Source: an uncultured virus (IMG/VR IMGVR_UViG_3300012920_000026) (lineage: Duplodnaviria; Heunggongvirae; Uroviricota; Caudoviricetes). From it: DNA of 64,000 nt. The position numbers and the translations under genes were made by a program. Below, one piece after another: positions 38,081-47,927 of this stretch. The notes beneath the pieces were generated by a model. That model searched no databases. It saw only the letters and a list, made by a program, of their open reading frames with translations, and had not been told where the DNA came from. The stretch covers positions 1 to 64,000 of the IMG/VR virus record IMGVR_UViG_3300012920_000026, one strand, 5' to 3'. The first letter of the stretch is position 1. Each line of letters opens with the position of its first letter.

Positions 38081-39130
38081 TTATTGATCCGCATATTCTA
38101 CGGGTGCATCAATATGTTCTCCTTCTTCTATTGTAAAATCTACTTCTTCACCGACACTATCAAATACTGTAGACCAATATTCTTTGTAGTCAGATTTATA
38201 AGAATCAATAGCTTTCTTATCGTCTTCAATAAATCCGTGTGTTGTCGCCAGTATTCTACAATCAGCATAACCTAAACCATTCATATGGTTTTTGTGTATA
38301 CCCACTTTAGTTCTAACTGCGAAGTTTACTTTACGTCCTTTATTTGTTGCATTTAATTTAGATACTCCTGCACTTTTTTGATTCCCAAAAAGGAATACTA
38401 ACGCACAAGATAAATAAATTGATTGCCCTCCTTTAGGTTGAATTCTGGGTTGACTGAATGGATTATCGGGTAACTCTACCCAAGGTTGGTTAACAAATAC
38501 CATTGTATTAGTATAAGGAGAACTCTCTTTACGAGAAGAGGTTATCCTTTGAGCCATTCCCATACCCCATTTTTCTGATATTACTCTAGCAGTATGTTGG
38601 TTACCACCTTTACCTTCAAAACTCATTTTACAAGGTATTGTTCCTATAGAGTCCCACAAAAATACAATATCATGTGGTATATCTCCTTTTGATTGTGCAT
38701 CTAAAATTTCAGTCACATATTCGAAAGCTTGTTCAATGTATTCAAATCCTAACTTATATAATAAGAATCCATCCCAATAAGCTTCTATTTCACCAGTACT
38801 TTCATCTACCTCTTCAATATATTCAGTCTCTAAACCCATTTGTTTTGCGTGTTCAAAACTAAATTTTTGTTCAGTTATAATGAATATTGGTAATATACCT
38901 TTTTTCTGCGCATCTACTGCAGTTTGTATTAGTGCAGTTGTTTTTCCAGTATCTGAATGTCCTAATAACATATTAATTTGACCCATAGCAGGACCAGGAA
39001 TTCCTGTCGCTTTTTGAAATGATTCTCCTAAATCAAAGTATTTCTGTTCTTTATACTTATCACTAGAAGAAAACTTTTTACGTATACTAGAAAAATCGCT
39101 TGTTTTTTTCTTAATTGGTTTCTTAGCCAT
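38081..39130 (-). CDS. recA: RecA/UvsX-family recombinase
   Basis: Walker A GHSDTGKTT, Walker B FLWDS, VFVNQ, PKGG. ATG at 39130 preferred, because the longer GTG start lies within a terminator hairpin. Confidence 0.85.
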   Translation of the reverse strand: MAKKPIKKKTSDFSSIRKKFSSSDKYKEQKYFDLGESFQKATGIPGPAMGQINMLLGHSDTGKTTALIQTAVDAQKKGILPIFIITEQKFSFEHAKQMGLETEYIEEVDESTGEIEAYWDGFLLYKLGFEYIEQAFEYVTEILDAQSKGDIPHDIVFLWDSIGTIPCKMSFEGKGGNQHTARVISEKWGMGMAQRITSSRKESSPYTNTMVFVNQPWVELPDNPFSQPRIQPKGGQSIYLSCALVFLFGNQKSAGVSKLNATNKGRKVNFAVRTKVGIHKNHMNGLGYADCRILATTHGFIEDDKKAIDSYKSDYKEYWSTVFDSVGEEVDFTIEEGEHIDAPVEYADQ

Positions 39131-39142
39131 ATATTTTTTTTT

Positions 39143-39172
39143 AAAAAAATAGGTCACCTAAAAAGATGACCC
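39143..39172 (-). terminator. probable intrinsic terminator between ssb and recA
   Basis: Minus strand GGGTCATCT-loop-AGGTGACCT (G-U pairs allowed) followed by ATTTTTTT. Confidence 0.6.
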
Positions 39173-39193
39173 ACTTTTAACATTTATATTAAA

Positions 39194-40090
39194 TTAAAAT
39201 GGTAAATCATCACTACCACCGGTTTCTAAATTAGTCACTGTAACTTCATCATCATCTTCAAATGAAGATTCAGAGTTCTGAGTCTTAGTTTCCTCTCTTA
39301 AGTAAGTTATTTCTTCTTCTAATGAAGCAGTTTCTGATTCTTCTCTTTCTTCTTCTGCAACATATTTACTTTGTTCTGAATCCCAAACTGGAGTCATATT
39401 TTTTGCTACAATCTCTAAATATTCTGTAGATTTTTTAGCGTAAACATCTCTAAATGTTTCTTCGTTGTTAAACCAATCGTTAGCCTTAGTAGTATCTTCA
39501 GTTAACATACTTACATCATCACACATAATAGATGTTACTACACTCCACCCTTTTTCATTACGGTTAGTAGTTATAATAATATCTCTACCTTCTCTAGCAT
39601 CTGTAATATCACCTTTTAATTTAAAAAGTGGCATTAACTTATCCATAACACCATTACCTGTGTAATTGTGTTTAAATCTCCAAAATTTAACACCGTGATC
39701 TTCGTTATCTCTATCAATACCTTTTACCACATAAAATTTACGAGGAGTATACTCTCTAGCCATTTCTTTAGCTTTTTTACTACCCTCCATTAATAAAGCT
39801 TCTTTTGCTTCATACATTGGGCAATGTTCGCCATCATTTAATTTATTACAGTAAATTTTTTCATATTTACCATTCACTTGTCTTTCGTAAAAATATACTT
39901 CTTCGAATGGAGACTTACCATCTTTTGCAGGTAAAATTCTAAATCTTCGAGTTGCATTTTTTACACCTTGTTGAAGTTTTTCAGTGAAATACTTCTTAAG
40001 TCTATCTTCATTAGATAACTTAGGTTTTTTTGAACTGTTTTCAGTATTACTTTCATACTGAGACAAAATTGCGTCTAAACTGTTACTCAT
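39194..40090 (-). CDS. single-stranded DNA-binding protein (T4 gp32-like)
   Basis: RFRILP...PF, CP.., DITD..EGRDI patterns; acidic tail ending DDLPF; next to recA. Confidence 0.8.
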   Translation of the reverse strand: MSNSLDAILSQYESNTENSSKKPKLSNEDRLKKYFTEKLQQGVKNATRRFRILPAKDGKSPFEEVYFYERQVNGKYEKIYCNKLNDGEHCPMYEAKEALLMEGSKKAKEMAREYTPRKFYVVKGIDRDNEDHGVKFWRFKHNYTGNGVMDKLMPLFKLKGDITDAREGRDIIITTNRNEKGWSVVTSIMCDDVSMLTEDTTKANDWFNNEETFRDVYAKKSTEYLEIVAKNMTPVWDSEQSKYVAEEEREESETASLEEEITYLREETKTQNSESSFEDDDEVTVTNLETGGSDDLPF

Positions 40091-40122
40091 TTCTATTTTT
40101 TTTAAATGTTAATAATTATTTC

Positions 40123-40154
40123 TAAATATAATAAGTTTTTTCTTAAAAGTCAAT
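40123..40154 (-). promoter_or_regulatory. Bacteroidota-type promoter (proximal ssb promoter)
   Basis: ATTG-N20-TATATTTA. Confidence 0.5.
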
Positions 40155-40163
40155 ACATGAAAA

Positions 40164-40197
40164 AACCAATAATGAACAAATATAGTCATTATTGGTT
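40164..40197 (-). terminator. 12-bp perfect hairpin / probable terminator whose loop holds a -7 promoter box
   Basis: aaccaataatga-N10-tcattattggtt; continues into TTT on the minus strand. Confidence 0.65.
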
Positions 40198-40208
40198 AAT
40201 ATGTCAAA
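40177..40208 (-). promoter_or_regulatory. Bacteroidota-type promoter (distal ssb promoter)
   Basis: TTTG-N20-TATATTTG. Confidence 0.7.
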
Positions 40209-40224
40209 TAATTTTTTTAATTAT

Positions 40225-40956
40225 TTAATAATCTTCGTCATCCTTATCATAGTCAAAAGAATTTTTTATTTCTGTTGCACTATAATCATCTACGTCTTTT
40301 TGAGTTATGGTGTATTCTTCCTCTTCTTTACCCCCAACATCATATCCTTCTTTATCTGACCAATAATCAGTTAAAGAAACACTATATGGAAAAGAATCCA
40401 TCGATCTCATTTCTAATCTTTCTACCGGTGTTGGGTTTCTATCTGCGATTTCTTTTTCTAATCCATCTATTTTATTAATAACTTGATCCATATCACCTAC
40501 CTTACCTTCTAAATCACCTAATTTACCTAATAATTCATCCATTTTTGCAGTCATCCCCTCTATTTCTGTTCTTGTTTGTTCTGCTTTATCTACTATATCT
40601 GTAACATCTACTTCGACAGTTTCTTCACCACCTTCCTCAGTTGCGAATTCATCTTCCACTTCCATACCTTCTTCACCTGCAAATGGATCTGTTTCACCTG
40701 ATCCTTCTTCAGTATCTAAATCTACAGTTTCTTCTTCACCACCTTCTTCTGCAAATGGGTCTTCAGTAGTCTCTTCTTCAGTGTCTACTTCTACTGTATC
40801 TTCAGCGGGTACAGGATCTTGTTCATAAAGTTGTTTAGCACCTAATAAAAGTTCGTCAGTATCATCACCGCCAACTTTATCTTCCATATAAAACGTATAT
40901 TCCAATAGTTCCATATGTCTTTTTAACTCTTCCGATATTAATTTTTTCTTATCCAT
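40225..40956 (-). CDS. very acidic coiled-coil protein (possible prohead core/scaffold-like)
   Basis: Basic leader MDKKKLISEELKR, E/D-rich repeats (DPFA.E.G, (E/D)TVEVD), heptad region. Confidence 0.55.
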   Translation of the reverse strand: MDKKKLISEELKRHMELLEYTFYMEDKVGGDDTDELLLGAKQLYEQDPVPAEDTVEVDTEEETTEDPFAEEGGEEETVDLDTEEGSGETDPFAGEEGMEVEDEFATEEGGEETVEVDVTDIVDKAEQTRTEIEGMTAKMDELLGKLGDLEGKVGDMDQVINKIDGLEKEIADRNPTPVERLEMRSMDSFPYSVSLTDYWSDKEGYDVGGKEEEEYTITQKDVDDYSATEIKNSFDYDKDDEDY

Positions 40957-40961
40957 TTTTT

Positions 40962-41144
40962 TTATATTAATAATTGTCTTCCGTCAGTAGTTTTATAAAC
41001 TTTATTAACTCTTTCCACAATTTCTTTACCATCATTAATTAAACATTCTTCCCCTTCACACTCTTTTTCTTCATTAACTTTAAGAAATTCATTAAGTGAG
41101 TCTTCTAAATCTTTAGTTCTTTGTATGTCTTTTTTATTATCCAT
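40962..41144 (-). CDS. hypothetical protein, 60 aa
   Basis: ORF with the TATTTATA motif 15 nt upstream. Confidence 0.65.
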   Translation of the reverse strand: MDNKKDIQRTKDLEDSLNEFLKVNEEKECEGEECLINDGKEIVERVNKVYKTTDGRQLLI

Positions 41145-41175
41145 ATTAAGGTCTTTTATTATAAATATAAGAATT

Positions 41176-41589
41176 TTAAGAAAAATTACGTTTAATATCT
41201 ATAATAGTTAATTCATTTTTTTTAGTTATCAACATTTTATTTTGGTATTTATCCCATTCTATCTTATGTTCTTTATGATTTAAATTACCTGTTTCTCCAT
41301 TACTTTCACTTTCAATCAATTTATTAAGTGCATTAATAGTATAAAAACACTCTCCCTTTTTGTGTGTTATGATAGTGGTAGGGAAAAATGATTTAGTATT
41401 TATTTTTTTTCCATCCCTTAAATATAATCTAAATGTTAAAATTTTTTTACCTATTTCTTGCGGGGAAGTATAAATAAATAATTTTTCTTTAGGTATTTTA
41501 AACCTTTTTTCTATATAATCACTGAAACCATCTATTCTATCCTCATCAACAAATGATGCTAGTGTGATTATTTTTGTCTGTTGTTCCAT
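41176..41589 (-). CDS. hypothetical protein
   Basis: 137-aa ORF overlapping the upstream gene by 44 nt. Confidence 0.65.
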   Translation of the reverse strand: MEQQTKIITLASFVDEDRIDGFSDYIEKRFKIPKEKLFIYTSPQEIGKKILTFRLYLRDGKKINTKSFFPTTIITHKKGECFYTINALNKLIESESNGETGNLNHKEHKIEWDKYQNKMLITKKNELTIIDIKRNFS

Positions 41590-42169
41590 ATCTATAAATG
41601 TATGGTATGATTTTTTTATTGTTATAATCTACACACCCTATACATTTATTAAATATTTCATTTTCAGATAAAGTTACCTTAGAAAGTTGATTTATTTTAT
41701 GTTTAATTTTATCTATATCTAAACCTAAAAATAATAATATTTTTAAGTCTAATCCAAAAACTAAATTTTTATCGTATAAATATACCATATCATCATTAAT
41801 AATTGTAATAATATTATTTAATGAATATATTTTTCTTATTATTTTTCTTATTTTTTTAGGATTATCATGTATTAAATCAACAAAAACATAACTATTTTTA
41901 TTATCTATAAAATCCAAACATCTGTGTTGAAATTTTTTTAAGTCTATTTCTAAATCTACTTTTCTTTCATTATTATTAAAAGTCCAAAAAGTTTTATCGT
42001 CAATTTTCTTATTTAGTATTGAAACATTTTCTTCACCATAAATTTCTTTAGTTGTATCCCAACCAATAATTAATGTTATAAAATTATCGTTTATTTGTGA
42101 AATATTTTCACAAACATTATATTTTTTATCTGAAAATTTATCTTTAGTTACTATATTTCCAATATACAT
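41546..42169 (-). CDS. hypothetical protein
   Basis: 207-aa ORF with a host-type promoter 4 nt upstream. Confidence 0.7.
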   Translation of the reverse strand: MYIGNIVTKDKFSDKKYNVCENISQINDNFITLIIGWDTTKEIYGEENVSILNKKIDDKTFWTFNNNERKVDLEIDLKKFQHRCLDFIDNKNSYVFVDLIHDNPKKIRKIIRKIYSLNNIITIINDDMVYLYDKNLVFGLDLKILLFLGLDIDKIKHKINQLSKVTLSENEIFNKCIGCVDYNNKKIIPYIYRYGTTDKNNHTSIIC

Positions 42170-42173
42170 ATTA

Positions 42174-42205
42174 CAAATATACTATTTTTTTATGTTAAAA
42201 ACAAA
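42174..42205 (-). promoter_or_regulatory. Bacteroidota-type promoter
   Basis: TTTG-N20-TATATTTG-N4-ATG. Confidence 0.75.
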
Positions 42206-45200
42206 CTATACAGTGGATGGTTCAATAGTTAAATCAGAATTTTTATTTTTTTTATATAAATTTACTCCTTTATTTTTAAATTTAGTACCACCAACTGTTT
42301 GACCTATTAATTTATCTCCACCACCTTTTACCGGTAAAGTGTTTAAAACTATTGCAAAGTTTTCAAACGAATCTTCTATATCTTTTCCATCTTTAAAATT
42401 TAAACTATTTACAGTATGATTAAAATTCTCAGCTTGTCCACCATTTGCCCAACCACCAGGTGGGTAGTTTTCTTCACTTTTTAATCTCGTATCTTTTTGT
42501 GTAGATAATTCTTCAATTTTTTTGTTAATGTCGTTTATTTCTTTTTCTAACTTATCATTTTCTGTCACCCTACTATTTCTTTCTTCGGGAGAAATTTCCT
42601 TTAGTGAAAGGTTGATTTTTTCTTGATTTACTTTCATTCTTGCTTCTTTTATCGCTTTGGCTTTTTGTTGTTCATCTATTTTGCCTTTGTTCTGGTAACT
42701 ACCACTATAAGGATAATTAGTCCATCTCCATGCAGATATTTCACATGATGTTTTAATATCTATGGTATCACCAGTTAATTTAGTCATAGGTGTTTTTGTA
42801 TCTTCACTAAACCTCATATATTGATCCCTACCTATGATAGGAATAAAACCTCTAGGTCTAAAAACATAAGCGTCTTTAGTAGTATCAAAATCTCGATTAC
42901 CAAATCGGTTATCGATTTGACTATATAATTCAAACCCTTTATCGCTATCTGAATTATTCCATGTTAAAACATCTATACTAAAATTATTTGATTTTGTCAT
43001 AGCATTTGCTAAGAACATAGTAACTTGTGAATTACTTTTAATACGAAATCCTTTTAAAGTATTTTTTAAATTAGTAGCTAAATTTGTGGATGCATTACTT
43101 ATCCCCATAGTTATTAAATTACTTTCAGTTATAGAATCAAAATTAAAATTTTCATCAGGACCTTTATCTGCAGGAATACCAGTATTAAAATTAATTTCTT
43201 GTCTTATAGAACTTTGAAGTAAAATAGGTTCTGTTTCTAATGTATCGTCTAAACCTATATTTAAAAAAGTAGTCATTTTATCTACAACTGGTGTTATATA
43301 TTTACTTTGTCTTACACCAGTAAAAGATGTAGTCATATGGTTAGGGGTGATATTATGTGTAACATTTAAAATCATATATGCACCATCGAAAAAAGGTACA
43401 TTGTCTAATTGAAAATACATCATAGGTTGAATATTCATACAACCTAAAGCTTCAACACTACAAGTATAAGAACGAGATCTAAACATCTTATATAAATCTG
43501 TACCTTGATAAGTTCTACTAGTACCACCTCTTTTATCAATTAAGTCAGTTAATGTTTTATGGTATTCCGCAGTATCTTTGTGTTCTTGTTGATTCAATGA
43601 TACACTTTTAAAAACTGTTTGGTTTTCTGTACCAAATGATACTCTAAAACCAACTAAATTAACGTTATCTTCAGAAGCATTAGATACTGATTTACCTTTA
43701 GCTTCTCTTCTAAGTCTCCTTTTTTCTTTTCTACTTTGTTGTCTTGCTTGTCTTTTTTCTGACTTCTTTGGTGCTAAAATATCAGAAGGTGGAAAATCCA
43801 AATTAAACCCATCGTTTTTAAATGTATATCTATTTTGTTCTTCTATATTTAATACTTGTGACGCACCTCCTGCGTAAATGCAAAGATATGTTGGACCACT
43901 ACTACTATTTCTATCCGAAATATTAGTTATGGGTTTAAACATAGTAGAAACTTCTTCCGGGTCTCTATAGTTAACATAATTAGGTAGTATTTGAAAAAGA
44001 AAATTACTGTCTCTAAGTAATTTAGACATATAAAAATACATATTAGTAGTTAAATTTTGACTTATACTAATAACACTTTCTAAATTTATTATAGCTTTAT
44101 CACCAATATCGTTAAACCCCCTATCGACAAACCTAAAATACTTAAATAAGTCTTTATTGTCTTTGGCACAAGCGTTAAAAGCTAATTCCCTTTTGGATGT
44201 GTTACCTGCCACCCATCTATCGTATACATTTTTTATACTATTATATGCAGCTTGTTTAATATCCTCCATATTATTAGTCTTATCAGTTGATTCTGTTGTA
44301 TTTGTTTTACTATCACTACTTTTAATTTCTTTATTAAAACTTTGTTTAAAATTATTTAAATAAGTGTCAAAATTGACTGAATCAAAATCTGAAGATCTAT
44401 TTTCATTAGTTACAACAATTAATTTTTCTGTTTCTTTCAAAAAGGTTGTTAAATTTATACCTTTTTTAAACTTTTCATCAATAGATAAATCATCGTTAGA
44501 ATATTCTATTACCGCTTTACTAAATTTAGAAAAACTTCCATCATTTACCCATTTAGTAAAATAATCTATTAAATTATTTTTTGTCTGTACCGGCAAATCT
44601 AACAAACTACTACTTAAACTTGTCTCTGAGCCATACCATAAAGGTTTAATATATGTTGTTTGTGTGGGTATAGATGAACCACTATATATTGAGTTATCCC
44701 ATACTATGGGATCAATTTCTAAACTATTTCTCCATAAAGTACCACCAATATAGTATAAAAAATATTTAGGTAATGTATAAATAATTGGTGGGGTTATAAA
44801 ATTTAACTTACCAGTTTCAGGTATTTCTTGTTCTACTGTTTTAGTCCAAGTTTTAAATGGTAATGTAGATAATAATAAAAGTGCTTTAGATAAATCTGAA
44901 GTGTTATTACTATATAAATTTGAATCTGTTAAATACTTTGGTTTTTCTGTATCGCTTTCGCCTTCTACAGGTTCAGATTTTTTAACATAAAGGTTAATCC
45001 AATCGGTAACTATAGGTGTATTTGGTGCTGGATTGTCTGCAGGGTTGATTCCTCCATCAATTAATGTAATATCACTTTTTAGTGAAAAAGTTAAACTACC
45101 TTTTTCACCTGCTTTTTTTAATAATAATTTACTTTGTTTTTCTAACCAACATGTATAAGATAAATTACGATTAGCAATATAATCCCTCCATTCCGTATAT

Positions 45201-47917
45201 TTACTTACACTATCATCAATTACTGACTTATCAAAAACTTCTTTAACATTTTCAATATTTTGTTCTTCCGTTAAATTTACCTTATTTCTAATTATTTTTT
45301 TACCTTTAATACTATTACCTAAAATAAGTTTACTCATTTTTGGATTATCTATCTTATAAATGGTGTCCTCATCATTACTTTGTTGGTATTCGACACTATT
45401 TAATTCTTTTATTCTTTCGTTAACAATTTTAGTTATTTTATTAGTATTATCTTTTAAATCTTTTTTCGTTAATGGATTGTCTTTTAAAAATTGATTTAAA
45501 ATTTGGTAAATAGTATCTTTACTTTCTTTATCAATAAAGGATATTTTAGCCCAAAGTCCATCCCAAGTAGCATATTTACTCATAGTACCAAAATCTCCTG
45601 TTGCGGTTGAATAATATTTTAATATTACAAATCTATCTACTAAAGCTTTTATAAATTTTTCATATAAAACATCTTTTCCTTCTGCGGTTTTTGTTTGTGC
45701 AACATTTAACAAATAAAACGGATTTTTTTCACAGTCTATTGGATTTATTGGTATCCAATTATCTGTATCATTACCACTACTACTACCCTTAGCTTTATTA
45801 ACTTGTTTAGTAATACCTAATAAACTTTTTTCTTCTTTTAATAAAGCTTCAATTAAATTTTCAATAAATTTAATTTCAGGAAAAGCAGTTCTAGCATCCG
45901 TATCTTCAGGTCTAAATATTTCTTTTGATCCTATAAATTTTTCTACAAAACCTCCATCTTGTTTAACAAACAAAGAAGGGAACGCATATATTGTTTGACT
46001 TTTAAAATCAAATTCTTCTTTTAATTGTAAATCACTGGTGACACCGGCAGACTCTAATGCTTTTTGTCTTTTTTTGTTCTTCCTTTCTGCAGAATAACCA
46101 ATATCAAATATCGTCATTAAAAAAGCTTGTGCATTATTACATAGTATCTGAAATACTGTACCTATTGTAGGTTTATACCCTAATCTTTCCGATAAAGAAT
46201 TATTTAATTCTTCTACTAATTTTTCCTCTTTTTTCTTTTTTGATTTACGAATATTAATTAACATATCATTCACCATCATTCTGATTGCCCTAAAGTCTAA
46301 TACTATTCCAGGTGTAGCGTTACCAAAACCACTATTTAAATTACCAGGCTCATTATTATTAGTGTCTTTAGAATAGTCATTTATAACAATTTGAGATACA
46401 TCAAAGTTATTATTAGCTTCATCATATTCGCTTGGATTATTTTTAGTTAATATACTACCTTCACGACTTAATTCATCGATAAATTCAAGTAAAGTTATTT
46501 GTCCTTTTTTGGTAACATCTATATCTATAAAAAAATCAATTTGATTGCTAATGTTATTTAATTGTGTAGGAGAAAATAAACCACTTTGTCCAGCAACACC
46601 CCCAAAATTTAATGTAAACTCATCGTAATTTACGTTTTTACCATCTATATTTTCGGAAAATCTCCAGTACTCTGTGTTTTTTGTTGCTGATCCGCCTAAT
46701 ATTCCTTTAGCGATATTATCATTATTACTAAGACTACTTTTATTTTCACCATAAAAATTAACATAGTCTGTAATAAGATCATTTAAATCATTCATATATA
46801 AGTTTAATGATGGAATCATTGTAGACTTAACAAATAATAAATCTCTTATAGATAAATAATTTTCACCTAAAGTTAAATTTACTGATTTAATTCCATTTGT
46901 ATTTGTTGTATTTGGTGAATTTAATTGTGATAAGTAAGGTGGTGCACTAGTTTTGTCCTTATAAGTATCGATGTTTGCTTTTGGTATTGGGCTACCAATA
47001 AAGCTTAATATTTCTTCTACTTTTTTCTCCTGTGTATTTAATATTTGTAGTTCTTTATATTTAGTATTTTCTATTTTTAATTCTTCTAAGTCTATCTGTA
47101 ATTTACTTAATTGTTTTACAAAATCATCTAATGAAGGTGTAGCTATTGTTTGAGTTCCATCACTTGTTCCATTTTTAATTGTCCCAACTGTGAGTGGTAA
47201 CTCATTTAAATTTTTAATTCCTATTTCTGTATTAAGTGTACCAATTACATCTCCTATTGTAATATCTGCAAGAAATGCTTGTTGAAACCCTAAAAAATTT
47301 GCGGAAATATTAAAATTACCAGTTCCAGCATCGAATTTTGATGTCCAGTTAACCAAATTTAAACAATATGATACAGGTTTACCAAAATATCCCTTTACAG
47401 TCAAAGTAAAAATAGGATAAGGCATTTTAAAAAATATACTATATGGTGATTTTCTATTATCTTGTTCTATAACATCAAATAGCCCACTACCCCTTACATC
47501 TGTAAAATCAATGTCTACTTGTGGTATTAAACTAGTATTGTATTTTATGTTAATAGATGTTATACCGAAACCTTCTAGTAATCCACTACCTAAACTGTTT
47601 TGAATACCCCCAATATTAGTATAACTTGTAGTTGCATAAGATTTGACATCTCCCATTATATTTTTTTGTGGTTCACCAGCTTGATTGTATTTTACTTCTG
47701 TTGATACAAATTCAATAATACCAAATCTACTCTCTTCAAACTCATTTTCATTTTCACCAATAGTTGCCACCCCCCTATTACGTTCTTCCGCAGTCAAACT
47801 AATATAAATAAACATGTCTTCTGCAGGTAAAACATTTCTACCTGAAGGGTTAGGATCTACTAACATTAAACCCGCACCAACTTGTTTAACCTCAACATCT
47901 TTTTCTTCTTCTCCCAT
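42206..47917 (-). CDS. large baseplate hub-like protein with C-terminal GH19/lysozyme-like domain
   Basis: Hub-like motif SYTCSVEALG...IQP...GAYMILNVTHNI...MTTSFTGVR; GH19-like MFLAN...FRPRGFIPIIGRDQY...SAWRW. Confidence 0.65.
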   Translation of the reverse strand: MGEEEKDVEVKQVGAGLMLVDPNPSGRNVLPAEDMFIYISLTAEERNRGVATIGENENEFEESRFGIIEFVSTEVKYNQAGEPQKNIMGDVKSYATTSYTNIGGIQNSLGSGLLEGFGITSINIKYNTSLIPQVDIDFTDVRGSGLFDVIEQDNRKSPYSIFFKMPYPIFTLTVKGYFGKPVSYCLNLVNWTSKFDAGTGNFNISANFLGFQQAFLADITIGDVIGTLNTEIGIKNLNELPLTVGTIKNGTSDGTQTIATPSLDDFVKQLSKLQIDLEELKIENTKYKELQILNTQEKKVEEILSFIGSPIPKANIDTYKDKTSAPPYLSQLNSPNTTNTNGIKSVNLTLGENYLSIRDLLFVKSTMIPSLNLYMNDLNDLITDYVNFYGENKSSLSNNDNIAKGILGGSATKNTEYWRFSENIDGKNVNYDEFTLNFGGVAGQSGLFSPTQLNNISNQIDFFIDIDVTKKGQITLLEFIDELSREGSILTKNNPSEYDEANNNFDVSQIVINDYSKDTNNNEPGNLNSGFGNATPGIVLDFRAIRMMVNDMLINIRKSKKKKEEKLVEELNNSLSERLGYKPTIGTVFQILCNNAQAFLMTIFDIGYSAERKNKKRQKALESAGVTSDLQLKEEFDFKSQTIYAFPSLFVKQDGGFVEKFIGSKEIFRPEDTDARTAFPEIKFIENLIEALLKEEKSLLGITKQVNKAKGSSSGNDTDNWIPINPIDCEKNPFYLLNVAQTKTAEGKDVLYEKFIKALVDRFVILKYYSTATGDFGTMSKYATWDGLWAKISFIDKESKDTIYQILNQFLKDNPLTKKDLKDNTNKITKIVNERIKELNSVEYQQSNDEDTIYKIDNPKMSKLILGNSIKGKKIIRNKVNLTEEQNIENVKEVFDKSVIDDSVSKYTEWRDYIANRNLSYTCWLEKQSKLLLKKAGEKGSLTFSLKSDITLIDGGINPADNPAPNTPIVTDWINLYVKKSEPVEGESDTEKPKYLTDSNLYSNNTSDLSKALLLLSTLPFKTWTKTVEQEIPETGKLNFITPPIIYTLPKYFLYYIGGTLWRNSLEIDPIVWDNSIYSGSSIPTQTTYIKPLWYGSETSLSSSLLDLPVQTKNNLIDYFTKWVNDGSFSKFSKAVIEYSNDDLSIDEKFKKGINLTTFLKETEKLIVVTNENRSSDFDSVNFDTYLNNFKQSFNKEIKSSDSKTNTTESTDKTNNMEDIKQAAYNSIKNVYDRWVAGNTSKRELAFNACAKDNKDLFKYFRFVDRGFNDIGDKAIINLESVISISQNLTTNMYFYMSKLLRDSNFLFQILPNYVNYRDPEEVSTMFKPITNISDRNSSSGPTYLCIYAGGASQVLNIEEQNRYTFKNDGFNLDFPPSDILAPKKSEKRQARQQSRKEKRRLRREAKGKSVSNASEDNVNLVGFRVSFGTENQTVFKSVSLNQQEHKDTAEYHKTLTDLIDKRGGTSRTYQGTDLYKMFRSRSYTCSVEALGCMNIQPMMYFQLDNVPFFDGAYMILNVTHNITPNHMTTSFTGVRQSKYITPVVDKMTTFLNIGLDDTLETEPILLQSSIRQEINFNTGIPADKGPDENFNFDSITESNLITMGISNASTNLATNLKNTLKGFRIKSNSQVTMFLANAMTKSNNFSIDVLTWNNSDSDKGFELYSQIDNRFGNRDFDTTKDAYVFRPRGFIPIIGRDQYMRFSEDTKTPMTKLTGDTIDIKTSCEISAWRWTNYPYSGSYQNKGKIDEQQKAKAIKEARMKVNQEKINLSLKEISPEERNSRVTENDKLEKEINDINKKIEELSTQKDTRLKSEENYPPGGWANGGQAENFNHTVNSLNFKDGKDIEDSFENFAIVLNTLPVKGGGDKLIGQTVGGTKFKNKGVNLYKKNKNSDLTIEPSTV

Positions 47918-47927
47918 AACTTAAAAT

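Noticed and set aside
33226..39130. Inteins or introns in RNR, helicase or RecA
   Set aside because: Lengths are typical, motifs are contiguous, and no splice-junction signatures were seen.
39131..39157. Longer GTG start for recA given in the ORF track
   Set aside because: It falls within the terminator hairpin and T-tract; the ATG at 39130 has the A-rich context seen at other starts.
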